This document shows positions 25,502 through 33,886 of a stretch of DNA of 35,388 nt, piece by piece. Position 1 is the stretch's first letter, and each line of letters starts with the position of its first letter. The notes beneath the pieces were generated by a model that was not told where the DNA came from, did no database searches, and saw only the letters and a list, made by a program, of their open reading frames with translations. The stretch spans positions 1-35,388 of the forward strand of contig JBFJXH010000005.1 in NCBI GenBank assembly GCA_041623215.1, read 5' to 3'. This stretch comes from Thermoplasmatota archaeon. GTDB lineage: Archaea > Thermoplasmatota > E2 > JACPAO01 > JAHFTW01. Position numbers and translations under genes: made by a program.

Positions 25502-26806
25502 TCACATCCAGGCTAGTGGCCGATGCAAGTGGCGCCGTGCCATCACCGGCGGCTCATGCCAACCGGGGCCGATGTCGCGAGCCTCGTCCTCATAGGTTGC
25601 CGCATCCTCTCGCACGCGTTGCCGGCACCTTGGACACTTGTAGCCGGCGCCCTTCCCCATGGACTTCATGGCGACGTCGCACACATCACAGACCGGATTA
25701 TGGATCTTGATGCTGACAGCTGCCGGCGCCGCCAATTGCAAGCGTTCGACGCGAATCACGGCACGTTCCCGATTGGCCGTCCGGGGGCTCCAGGCCCCGA
25801 CCGCGACCACAGCGTCCCCCGGCCGCAGGCCGCTCAGCACACGACGAAACTGCTTGCTCGGCTCGAACGCCGCCAAGTCCACGACGTGATTCCGGTCATC
25901 CTCCGCTTCCACAAAGACATGGCCGCCGCGGCGGCTGCGGGGGTCGCCAACAATGCGCAAGGGCACCTGAATGGTCATACCCGCCCAGGCTCCGTTCAAG
26001 GAGGGGCGGGCCACGACGTGGTCGCCACTTGCTTGGTTCGTTAACCACATCAGCCAACCTGCAACCGGCTCCCGGGCAGCGCGCCGGAGGGCCGGAAGGC
26101 CATGCTCCCACAGAGGCGTCGCCCGCCGGGCACGAAGACCAACCAGGACGGGGCAGGGCGTATTGGGGATGCAGGCTGGGCGGCCCGCTTCATGGTCGTA
26201 GGTGGCGTACAAGCCCCGTTCATCCAAGCCGGCCAGGGCGGCAGGATCAATAGCGCGAGGGCGGCCTAATTGTGCTGGAATACGGTAGGCCAGCAGTTCG
26301 TAGCTGGTGCGGCGTGCCCGCCACGCGAGGGCTGCCAAGCAGCCAATGCGGCCCCGCCCGTCGCCGGCCCACCGTGCCGAGGGTAGGTTCGGAATCGCAT
26401 CAAGAGGGACCAGGCGTTGTACGGCGTCCCAGTAAAGACGCTCGTTGGGGCGGCGTGTCAAGGCCACCATCGCAGGACTGGCGCCATGGGACCGACCCTC
26501 CACCTCAATCGCAGCCCAGGCGCGTTCAAGGTGCTCTTGGGTTGGTGGCACGTCTTCGCCTTCCGGGTAGGCGTGGACCGGGCGGCCAAGCCACTCGCCT
26601 ACGCGCACGCGGCGGCCCCGCGCTCGTCCAAGCCGCAGGGCAACCGCTCCATTGCCACGCGTTTTCCATGGGGCATTGGGATTCAGACGTACGAGGCGAG
26701 GCGGCTCAAGCAATGCAAGGTCGGGTAATGCTTCTAGGACGGCGAAGGTGACGGCCGTGGTACACCCTCCATCGGGCCCATCGGTGTCGTCGAACGCCAG
26801 CAGCAT
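25502..26806 (-). CDS. tiaS: tRNA(Ile2) agmatinylcytidine synthetase
   Basis: DDTD..GGCTT, LVRLNPNAPWKTRGNGAV, P.TPCPVLVGLR, TNQASGDH, AAFEPSKQFR, Zn ribbon, RRHLHRP; start ATG 26806. Confidence 0.95.
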   Translation of the reverse strand: MLLAFDDTDGPDGGCTTAVTFAVLEALPDLALLEPPRLVRLNPNAPWKTRGNGAVALRLGRARGRRVRVGEWLGRPVHAYPEGEDVPPTQEHLERAWAAIEVEGRSHGASPAMVALTRRPNERLYWDAVQRLVPLDAIPNLPSARWAGDGRGRIGCLAALAWRARRTSYELLAYRIPAQLGRPRAIDPAALAGLDERGLYATYDHEAGRPACIPNTPCPVLVGLRARRATPLWEHGLPALRRAAREPVAGWLMWLTNQASGDHVVARPSLNGAWAGMTIQVPLRIVGDPRSRRGGHVFVEAEDDRNHVVDLAAFEPSKQFRRVLSGLRPGDAVVAVGAWSPRTANRERAVIRVERLQLAAPAAVSIKIHNPVCDVCDVAMKSMGKGAGYKCPRCRQRVREDAATYEDEARDIGPGWHEPPVMARRHLHRPLAWM

Positions 26807-26852
26807 CCACGTTGGCGAGCCAGCCAGGGCGCTTGACCGTTGCCACCCGTAC

Positions 26853-27830
26853 TCAGCTGGCCGCGCCAAGTTCGTTGAGCAGATTGCGAAGGTCGTCCAC
26901 GTTGGCAGCACCTTGCACTGCGCCGCGAAGTTTCCGGGCGCCTGGAGTTCCTTGCATGAAGCGCGTGACTTGGCGACGCAGATACCCAATGTCGTGGGGG
27001 CACGGCCCTGACTGCGCCCTGTCCAAGTACAGGTGCGCGGTGATGATGCGGCTTGGCAAGTCGGGCGGGGACTCGGGTTCTTTGCCTTGTAGGCCGGCGC
27101 GCAAGCGCCGGAAGCACGTGGGGTCGTGCAAGGCTGCGCGCCCAATGAACAAGCCGTGGCAGCCCGTTTGATCTCGCAGAGCGACTGCGGACTCTGGGTC
27201 CGTAACGTCGCCGTTTCCTACCACTGGGACGTCCAAGTGGTCAACAAGTTGCGCGATGGCCTGCCAATCGGCTTGTCCTGAATAGCCCTGGACAACTGTG
27301 CGGCCATGCAGAGTCACCCACGCCGCACCGGCCGCTTGGACCGCGTTGCCCACATCCAGAAACGTCCGGTGGGCGTCATCGTGACCCAGCCGCATCTTCA
27401 CCGACACCGGAAGCCCATGCTCCTCCCCTGCGGCCACCGCAGCGCCTACCACGGCGCCCGCCAGGCGCGGGTCTCGGGTAAGAAAAGCGCCAGCACAGGC
27501 GCGCAGAATCTTGGGGCTTGGACAGCCCAGGTTGAGGTCAATGAAGTCGATGGCGCCGGCGTGGGCTTCGGCCACGCGATGAACCGCGTCTGCCATCTGG
27601 GCGGCGTCGCCTCCCATGAGTTGGACACCGTATGGGGCCTCACCCGGCCCCGGCGTGGTCATGCGCCAACTTCCCGGGTTATCATGTAGAAGGCCGGCGG
27701 CGCCAATCATTTCGCTACACGTCACATCGGCTCCGTGGTCCCTGGCGATGCTTCGAAACGCAGCGTCCGTGACATCGACCATAGGGGAAAGGAACAGTGG
27801 CATGTCCACCGCGTGCCTGCCGATGTGCAT
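26853..27830 (-). CDS. dusB: tRNA-dihydrouridine synthase (DusB-like)
   Basis: LSPMVDVTD..FR, VQLMG, DLNLGCP, VSVKMR, TLHGRT, GNGDV, IGR. Confidence 0.88.
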   Translation of the reverse strand: MHIGRHAVDMPLFLSPMVDVTDAAFRSIARDHGADVTCSEMIGAAGLLHDNPGSWRMTTPGPGEAPYGVQLMGGDAAQMADAVHRVAEAHAGAIDFIDLNLGCPSPKILRACAGAFLTRDPRLAGAVVGAAVAAGEEHGLPVSVKMRLGHDDAHRTFLDVGNAVQAAGAAWVTLHGRTVVQGYSGQADWQAIAQLVDHLDVPVVGNGDVTDPESAVALRDQTGCHGLFIGRAALHDPTCFRRLRAGLQGKEPESPPDLPSRIITAHLYLDRAQSGPCPHDIGYLRRQVTRFMQGTPGARKLRGAVQGAANVDDLRNLLNELGAAS

Positions 27831-27835
27831 GGCGT

Positions 27836-28990
27836 TCAGGACCGGAAGAGCCGGCGCGGCTGGCGCTGCCGAGCCGCCTCGAACAGGCTGTCGGCGGACC
27901 CCGTGCCGGGGCGGTCACGCCCGACATCAATCGTGTCGATGGTCACGTCCTCCTCGGCCGGCGAATCCGCGTCGGCGTCCCAAACAATCCCGTCATAGGT
28001 TTCGGGGACGTCGGTCGCCACGGCGGTTGGCTCTGAGTCCGGTACATCCGTTTCTTCACGAATGGCAAAGCCTGCAGGGCTGTGGTGGACGGTGGCGGCG
28101 GGAACGGCTTCGGCTTCCGCGTCCACTTCTTCCACGAGCGCTTCGGCGGCGCTGCGGGGGCGAGGCCGCGGGTCAAGGTGCGGCGCAGGGACGGCTGGCT
28201 TCGGGGGAGTCTCGTCGGGCCATTGGGTTGGGTCTTCTCGACTAGGTGCCTCCACGTCGACCGGGGCGCCTGATTCGGGGGTGGGTGGGTGGACTGCAGA
28301 TGAGGCACCGCTTGGCGGACGATTGGGAGAGCTTTCTTCCACGACGTAGCAGCGGTCGAAGCCACCGCGCCTCTTGTGCTTGCCTTGCTTGACCTGCTTG
28401 AGAGCGTCACGCTCGTAGCCGCGCTCTCGGATGAGAGCTTCGAGAACCTCCAGGACATCGGCGATTTCCTCTTTCTCGGCACCGGGTCCTGCCGCTAGGA
28501 GGTCGGCTGCTTCGGCGGCCAGTTTTTGCTTGAGGAAGCGCGGCCGGTCGTCCGCGTCAAGTTCGCGGAAACGCACTTCGTGGCCTGCTTCGCGCACCAG
28601 ACGCGGCACTTGGTCCCGCACCAAACGTCCGGCAAAGGGTCGCACTCGCTCGTAGAAGGGTGCCAGGCCCGCCAGTAGGGAATCCGTATCCAATCCTTCG
28701 TGGACAACATCCATCAGGCCGCGAACCACGCCTTCAAAGACGGGGGCGCCTGGGCCACGAAGAGCCAGGGTTGGCTTGTCCCGTGCTTTGGCATGCGCAA
28801 GCAAGATTGCGGTTTCTGGAAGGAGTGTTCCGTCGATGATGGCGACAATGGCATCCGCAGCCGTGACATCGTCCGGCGTGCTGCCAATGGTGCCGGTGTG
28901 GCCGTCGCGCACAAGCTGGCCCGCCGCCTGCTCGACGAGGAGCCGCATGGCGATGCCCGTGCCGTTGCCGACCACGCAGAAGTTGGCCAC
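27836..28990 (-). CDS. Fusion: degenerate NDT-like domain + MazG-superfamily NTP pyrophosphohydrolase + disordered acidic tail
   Basis: RLVRDQVP..KL..E..EEIADVLEV..KRRGGF core; N-terminal ADAIVAIIDG..ET..AHAKARDKP; start moved to GTG 28990 after CTAAAAAG. Confidence 0.75.
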   Translation of the reverse strand: MANFCVVGNGTGIAMRLLVEQAAGQLVRDGHTGTIGSTPDDVTAADAIVAIIDGTLLPETAILLAHAKARDKPTLALRGPGAPVFEGVVRGLMDVVHEGLDTDSLLAGLAPFYERVRPFAGRLVRDQVPRLVREAGHEVRFRELDADDRPRFLKQKLAAEAADLLAAGPGAEKEEIADVLEVLEALIRERGYERDALKQVKQGKHKRRGGFDRCYVVEESSPNRPPSGASSAVHPPTPESGAPVDVEAPSREDPTQWPDETPPKPAVPAPHLDPRPRPRSAAEALVEEVDAEAEAVPAATVHHSPAGFAIREETDVPDSEPTAVATDVPETYDGIVWDADADSPAEEDVTIDTIDVGRDRPGTGSADSLFEAARQRQPRRLFRS

Positions 28991-29064
28991 GGGGTGGCCA
29001 ATGCGTGCCACTTTTTAGTCACCCCATGGGGGCCACCTGTTCGATGGCGGTACCGTGGCCCCAG

Positions 29065-29934
29065 CTACGTCGAAGGGCCGGCCCATTGGACGGCTCGCCG
29101 CCAGTCAACGCCAACCGTCCGGGCTCCCAGCTTGGGTACGAGGCTAGCGCGCCGTTTGTGTTCGCTGCGGCGGACCATGCCATCAATGCGCAGCACCGTG
29201 GCGAGGTCTAAGCCGGTGCGTTCGGCAATGGTCGCGCAACTGGCATTGAGCTCGAAACCCTTGAGGATGCGGTCTAAGTCGGCATAGGCAAGGCCAAGCT
29301 CGTCCTCGTCGGTTTGACCTGGCCACAGGCCGGCTGACGGCGGCTTGTCGATGATGGGGCGCGGGACGCCCAAATGTTCGGCCAGCGCCTGGACCTCGGT
29401 CTTGTACAAGTCGCCAATCGGCTGCAGGTCATTGCCGCCGTCGCCGTGCTTGGTGAAGTAGCCGAGCAGTAACTCCGACTTGTTGCCGGTCCCTGAGACT
29501 AGGGCTCCACGTCGTTGCGCCTCAGCATAAAGGAGAATCATCCGAGCGCGTGCCTTGAGGTTGGCCTCTAACGTAGTGCCGGCACCCGCCAGGTCTAGCT
29601 GTGCGCCGGCCAAAGCGGCCTGTGCAGCATCCACCACCGGCGTAATGGCCACCGTCGTGGTGGCGATGCCCGCGGCTTGGGCACTTAGCAACCCATGCTC
29701 GGCGTCCTGCGGGTCCGACTGCTCTGCCGGCAACAGGTAGCCGTGGACTCGTTCTGGGCCGAGTGCCCGCGCCGCCAAGATGGCAACGACGGCCGAGTCA
29801 AGGCCACCGGACAGGCCGAGGACAACGCCGGACGCGCCAGCGGCCTCGACGTGGCGTCGGATGAAGGCCTCAATGACGGCGGCCCAGTCGGCGGGTCCGT
29901 CCAGATCGGGTGGGCTGTGGTCTGGGAGCTCCAC
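29065..29934 (-). CDS. nadE: NH3-dependent NAD+ synthetase
   Basis: LGLSGGLDS, NLKARARM, GTGNKSE..GYFTKHGDG, LYKTEV, KPPSAGLWPGQTDE, SEHKR; no glutaminase domain. Confidence 0.96.
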   Translation of the reverse strand: MELPDHSPPDLDGPADWAAVIEAFIRRHVEAAGASGVVLGLSGGLDSAVVAILAARALGPERVHGYLLPAEQSDPQDAEHGLLSAQAAGIATTTVAITPVVDAAQAALAGAQLDLAGAGTTLEANLKARARMILLYAEAQRRGALVSGTGNKSELLLGYFTKHGDGGNDLQPIGDLYKTEVQALAEHLGVPRPIIDKPPSAGLWPGQTDEDELGLAYADLDRILKGFELNASCATIAERTGLDLATVLRIDGMVRRSEHKRRASLVPKLGARTVGVDWRRAVQWAGPST

Positions 29935-29970
29935 GAAGCGACCAAGAAGCGGGCCGTCTTGGCCGTTCCC

Positions 29971-30786
29971 GTGAAAGCTGTCCTAGTTGCTGCGTCTGCC
30001 GCCCTGGGGGATGTGGATGCAAACGTCGAGATGGTGGTTGCATCCGCCAAGGAGCACCGGGACGCGGACTTGCTGGTGTTTCCCGAATTACACCTAACGG
30101 GCTACAACCTTGGCGATGATGTCCAGCGGCTGGCCTTCGGCGACGGGGACGACCGGTTGGAGCCACTGCACCGGGTGGCCGAAGAAACGCGCACGATGGT
30201 CGTGGCTGGCGCCCCGCGGGTCAGTCGTCCTGGCGTGTACCACAATTCGGCCGGCCTCTGGTCGCCAGATGGCTCGCTCCAGTGGTACGACAAGCGCGCC
30301 TTGGCTACCTTCACAACGTTCCGGGAAGGGCTGTTCTTCCAGCCGGGCACCGAGTCGCCCGTATGGCAGACGGAATTTGGCGGCCTGGCGCCGAGCATTT
30401 GCTACGACGCCTACTTCCCCGAGTTCTCACGAGCCCAGGCCTTGCAGGGTGCCGATGTGCTTGTGAACATCAGTGCCAGTCCCGCCACGACGCGCCGTTT
30501 CTTCCAAGTGGTTCTGCCGGCGCGGGCCGTGGAAAACGCGTGCTTCCAACTCTACAGCAACGTTTGTGGTGCCCAAGACGGGGTTGTCTTCTGGGGCGGC
30601 AGTCACGCCTGGGGGCCGCGCGGTGACCTGCTGGCTGAAGTGCCCCGGCATCAGGAGGGGGAGGTCGTGGTAAAGCTCCAGTTGGATGACTTGCACGCCG
30701 CGCGTCAGTTCAGGCCGACGCTAAGGGACGCCAGCGCGGACGACCTCGAGGACCTGGCACGTGTCAGCGCGCAGGCTTGGCCCTAA
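29971..30786 (+). CDS. Carbon-nitrogen hydrolase (nitrilase family amidohydrolase)
   Basis: Triad motifs FPELHLTGY, YDKRAL and ICYDAYFPE; ARAVEN; start moved to GTG 29971. Confidence 0.92.
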   Translation: MKAVLVAASAALGDVDANVEMVVASAKEHRDADLLVFPELHLTGYNLGDDVQRLAFGDGDDRLEPLHRVAEETRTMVVAGAPRVSRPGVYHNSAGLWSPDGSLQWYDKRALATFTTFREGLFFQPGTESPVWQTEFGGLAPSICYDAYFPEFSRAQALQGADVLVNISASPATTRRFFQVVLPARAVENACFQLYSNVCGAQDGVVFWGGSHAWGPRGDLLAEVPRHQEGEVVVKLQLDDLHAARQFRPTLRDASADDLEDLARVSAQAWP

Positions 30787-31475
30787 TGCGCGTCGGCGTA
30801 CTGCTATCGGGCGGCAAGGACTCCGTGGCTGCCCTCGACGTGGCGCGGGGGCATGCATGGGATGTCGTCGTCGCCCTCGTCCTGGTACCTGCGCAAGACG
30901 ACGCCTGGATGTTTCACGTGCCAAACATTCGCGTGGCCGAAGGGATCGGGGAAGCGCTAGGCGTGCCCGTCCAAGTCGCCGAGGTCCGCAGCGGCCCGGC
31001 AGAAGAACTCGAGGACTTGGAAGCAGCCGTGCGGTCCCTTCAGGAAGTGCATGCATTGGATGGCATCGTATCTGGGGCGCTCGCCAGCGAGTACCAAAGG
31101 ACGCGCATCGACGCGATTGGTCACCGCCTTGGACTCAAGACCTTCGCCCCCCTGTGGCACGTCAATCCCGGGCCGTACTTCCGCGGCCTGCTGGATGCGG
31201 GCTACGACATCAGGCTCGTTCGGGCTGCCGCAGACGGGCTAGATGCCGGATGGCTGGAGCGGCCGCTCACGATTGCTGACCTGGATGAACTGGCAACCCG
31301 CCGACTCCATGTGGCGGGCGAAGGAGGGGAGTTTGAGACCATTGTCTTGGATGGGCCACACCACCTCAAGCGGCTCCTAGTCGAAGCGTCCGCCGTGGTC
31401 GAATCAAGCACGCGATCCACTTGGAACATTGAACGCTACCAACTGGTGGCCAAGGAGCCCCCTGCCGAAGGCTGA
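30786..31475 (+). CDS. dph6: Diphthine--ammonia ligase (Dph6 family ATP pyrophosphatase)
   Basis: LSGGKDS, WMFHVPN, GALASEYQRTR, PLW and GEGGEFETIVLDGP; TAATG coupling to the nitrilase. Confidence 0.9.
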   Translation: MRVGVLLSGGKDSVAALDVARGHAWDVVVALVLVPAQDDAWMFHVPNIRVAEGIGEALGVPVQVAEVRSGPAEELEDLEAAVRSLQEVHALDGIVSGALASEYQRTRIDAIGHRLGLKTFAPLWHVNPGPYFRGLLDAGYDIRLVRAAADGLDAGWLERPLTIADLDELATRRLHVAGEGGEFETIVLDGPHHLKRLLVEASAVVESSTRSTWNIERYQLVAKEPPAEG

Positions 31476-31500
31476 AGAGCACCGTCGCGTCTGGGGTTGT

Positions 31501-31962
31501 ATGCGTGCCTTGCCCAAGCTTTGGTTGCCCCTCGGTTTGGCGCTGATGCTGGCGGCTCCCGGCATGATGGCAGCGGACGTAGATGGGTCGCCGCGACGAC
31601 AGATCTACGCGCCCTACATCGCAGGCGCCGCCGGAGATGCAGCGGTTTTGTGTAGCTACGGAGGGGGTCAGCCAGGCATCGGCGGGGAGTGTTTTGACAT
31701 CTGGAACTGGGAGGCAGCCGTGCAGGTCCGGGTGCTAGATGCCACTGGCCCGGTGGGCGTGCGACTTGGTTTTCTGGACTACATTGGCCGCGAAGTTGCT
31801 TATCTCGAGCACTGTCCGGGTGACGGTCCCGTGCCCGTTCCTGCTGGTGCCAAGGTGCTCCAGGTCTGGGTAAATGGTCCCTATCACAATGCGCGCGATT
31901 GTCTGCTGCCCGGCGTGGGTGCGAGCGACGGAGTGCTTGACGTCCGTTTCTTTGGCCCTTAG
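31501..31962 (+). CDS. Secreted hypothetical protein (4 Cys)
   Basis: Signal peptide from ATG 31501; beta-rich body with VPVPAGA motif. Confidence 0.6.
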   Translation: MRALPKLWLPLGLALMLAAPGMMAADVDGSPRRQIYAPYIAGAAGDAAVLCSYGGGQPGIGGECFDIWNWEAAVQVRVLDATGPVGVRLGFLDYIGREVAYLEHCPGDGPVPVPAGAKVLQVWVNGPYHNARDCLLPGVGASDGVLDVRFFGP

Positions 31963-32157
31963 CACGACGGACACGGTTGGCGTCTGCCCCGACCTGATGC
32001 GTGCCTAGCATTTGCATAGATGCCCGCGAGGCGCGCAGCAGGCAAGGTAGCACGACGGACCAATGGCCCGCGGGGCGGACTTTGAACGTACAATCAGTGC
32101 TCTCTGGCACTCAACAATGGGGTTGCATAGGCCGCAGCTAAGCCGGCCTTGCCAATC

Positions 32158-32192
32158 AAAAAGACAAAGGGAAAGGGGGGAAGGGGAAGAAA
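32158..32192 (-). terminator. Pyrimidine-tract archaeal terminator of the TSP3-repeat gene
   Basis: Minus-strand tract almost entirely T/C, ending in TTTGTCTTTTT, about 20 nt after the stop. Confidence 0.55.
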
Positions 32193-32210
32193 TCGGGCCG
32201 TGTCACGGTC

Positions 32211-33701
32211 CTACAAGGGCGACATGGCCGGTAGCCGGTATTGGCTGCAGGCTAGGCTCTTGCCAGATTCGCCGGCTACGTCGCCGTAAATCTGCGGGTA
32301 AGACGCGGGGTCGTTGGGGTCCGTACCGTAGTCGAACTCGTCGCCGTCGCCGAAGCAATCAGCGTCGGAGTCGTAGCGAAGGGCGTTCGTGTTCGTGCCG
32401 CCGTAGAGCTCGTCGAAGTCACTGAGGCCGTCGCCGTCCGTGTCCGCCAACGTAGGGTCAGTGGTGTGGTTGTGAACTTCAACGCCATCGGCGATGAGGT
32501 CCTGGTCCGTGTCCCAGTTGAAGGGGTCACTGCCCGCAGTTGCTTCGTCAACGTCGAAGAGGCCGTCGTTGTCGTCGTCGGGGTCGGAGTTGTCGCCGAT
32601 GCCGTCGCCGTCAGAGTCAATGGTCTCCGTAGCGTCGAGCGGGAAGGCGTCGGCACCGTCTAGCACGCCGTCGCCGTCCGAGTCGGGGTTGTGGAGGTCC
32701 GTGCCCGCCGCGACTTCTGCACCATCGTGCAGGCCGTCGCCGTCCGTGTCCGAAGAGAGCGGGTTGCTGTTGTAGGTGTGCACTTCGTCGCCGTCACTGA
32801 CGCCATCGTTGTCGGTATCAGGGTCGAGCGGGTCGGTGCCGTTGCTAGCCTCATCAACGTCGGACAGGCCGTCGTTGTCGTCGTCGTCGTCAACACAGTT
32901 TGCCTGCGCGTCGCCGTCACTGTTCAGGAAGCCTTCATCAACGCCGTCGTTGCCGTCATTGTCCAGGCCGTCGCAGATTTCGGGGGTGCTGGACGCGTCC
33001 AGCGGGTCACTGCCAGCGGCAGCTTCGTCAACATCGGAGTAGCCGTCGTTGTCGTCGTCGGGGTCATCCACGTCGGGAATGTTGTCATCGTCGTTGTCGG
33101 GGACGGTGGCGATGGTGAACGAGGCGCCGGCGGCCAGGGATTGGTTGCCGGTGCCGTCGTGGAATGTCAAGGCGCTTAGGCCGGTGCCGGCGGTTTGGTT
33201 CAGGTCAATGCTGAAGGTAGCATCGAGGCCGCCGTTGAGGGCACCGCCGTCGCCGTACGGTCCGCCCCATACCCAGTGGACTGCCGAGCTGCTGTAGGTG
33301 TCGGCGCCGCCGGGGGCGTCATCTTGAATTGCCCACGTGGTGGCGGCGGGTAGGCCGGCGATGCTGAAGTCCACATCGCCGCCGGTTCCGTCACCGAACT
33401 GGTCCACGATGAACACGAGGCTGATGCCGTCGCTTCCTTCGTGGAGCATCATCATGACGGTGTCTGCGGCACTGTAGGCGTAGGCCGGGCCGGTGGGGGG
33501 GTCGGTTGGAACGCCGTAGCCGTAGAAGGCTGCCACGTCACCTGCCGTGACGACGGGGTCCACGATGAAGCTCGTACTCCCCTGGCTTACTTGGTAAGCG
33601 TAGCCCGCAGGCGACGCCTCGGCGTTCAAATGTCCTCCAGGGGCCACGGACATGACTGTAAGCGTCATGGCCAGTGCAATCAAGATGCTGCGTGTCTTCA
33701 T
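32211..33701 (-). CDS. Secreted Ca2+-binding thrombospondin type 3-like repeat protein
   Basis: Signal peptide; many D(T/S/N)D.DG..D..E...G(T/S)DP and DPDDDNDG repeats; one PEICDGLDND motif; SD GGAAGTGA. Confidence 0.85.
   Translation of the reverse strand: MKTRSILIALAMTLTVMSVAPGGHLNAEASPAGYAYQVSQGSTSFIVDPVVTAGDVAAFYGYGVPTDPPTGPAYAYSAADTVMMMLHEGSDGISLVFIVDQFGDGTGGDVDFSIAGLPAATTWAIQDDAPGGADTYSSSAVHWVWGGPYGDGGALNGGLDATFSIDLNQTAGTGLSALTFHDGTGNQSLAAGASFTIATVPDNDDDNIPDVDDPDDDNDGYSDVDEAAAGSDPLDASSTPEICDGLDNDGNDGVDEGFLNSDGDAQANCVDDDDDNDGLSDVDEASNGTDPLDPDTDNDGVSDGDEVHTYNSNPLSSDTDGDGLHDGAEVAAGTDLHNPDSDGDGVLDGADAFPLDATETIDSDGDGIGDNSDPDDDNDGLFDVDEATAGSDPFNWDTDQDLIADGVEVHNHTTDPTLADTDGDGLSDFDELYGGTNTNALRYDSDADCFGDGDEFDYGTDPNDPASYPQIYGDVAGESGKSLACSQYRLPAMSPL
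32290..33100 (-). repeat. Degenerate coding tandem repeats (DxDxDG calcium-binding units)
   Basis: Recurrent gccgtcgccgtc and gtcgttgtcgtcgtcg strings on the + strand, explained by the protein repeats. Confidence 0.8.
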
Positions 33702-33886
33702 GGTTCACTTCCACCGGTAATATGGACAAGCACGAGTTGAGTTGCAGCACCTGTTGGTGCCACCGATCCAGATGGACTCACCTACCACGCGCGCTTCGCG
33801 TCCACTTAAACGGGATAGAGTTGCCTTTCATACATAAGGTTAATCGCTTCGATGGGGGCGCCAGCGCTCCTTGCTGGCTGGAACCA

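Noticed and set aside
26807..27145. ORF-track N-terminal extensions (tiaS here; also eif2g, DtxR, nitrilase, csp, RidA)
   Set aside because: They overlap neighbouring genes or promoters; family motifs and TATA spacing point to downstream starts.
32290..33100. Repetitive gtcgccgtc/gtcgttgtc DNA as CRISPR or non-coding repeat
   Set aside because: Fully explained by Asp-rich protein repeats; no constant repeat-spacer period and no cas genes.
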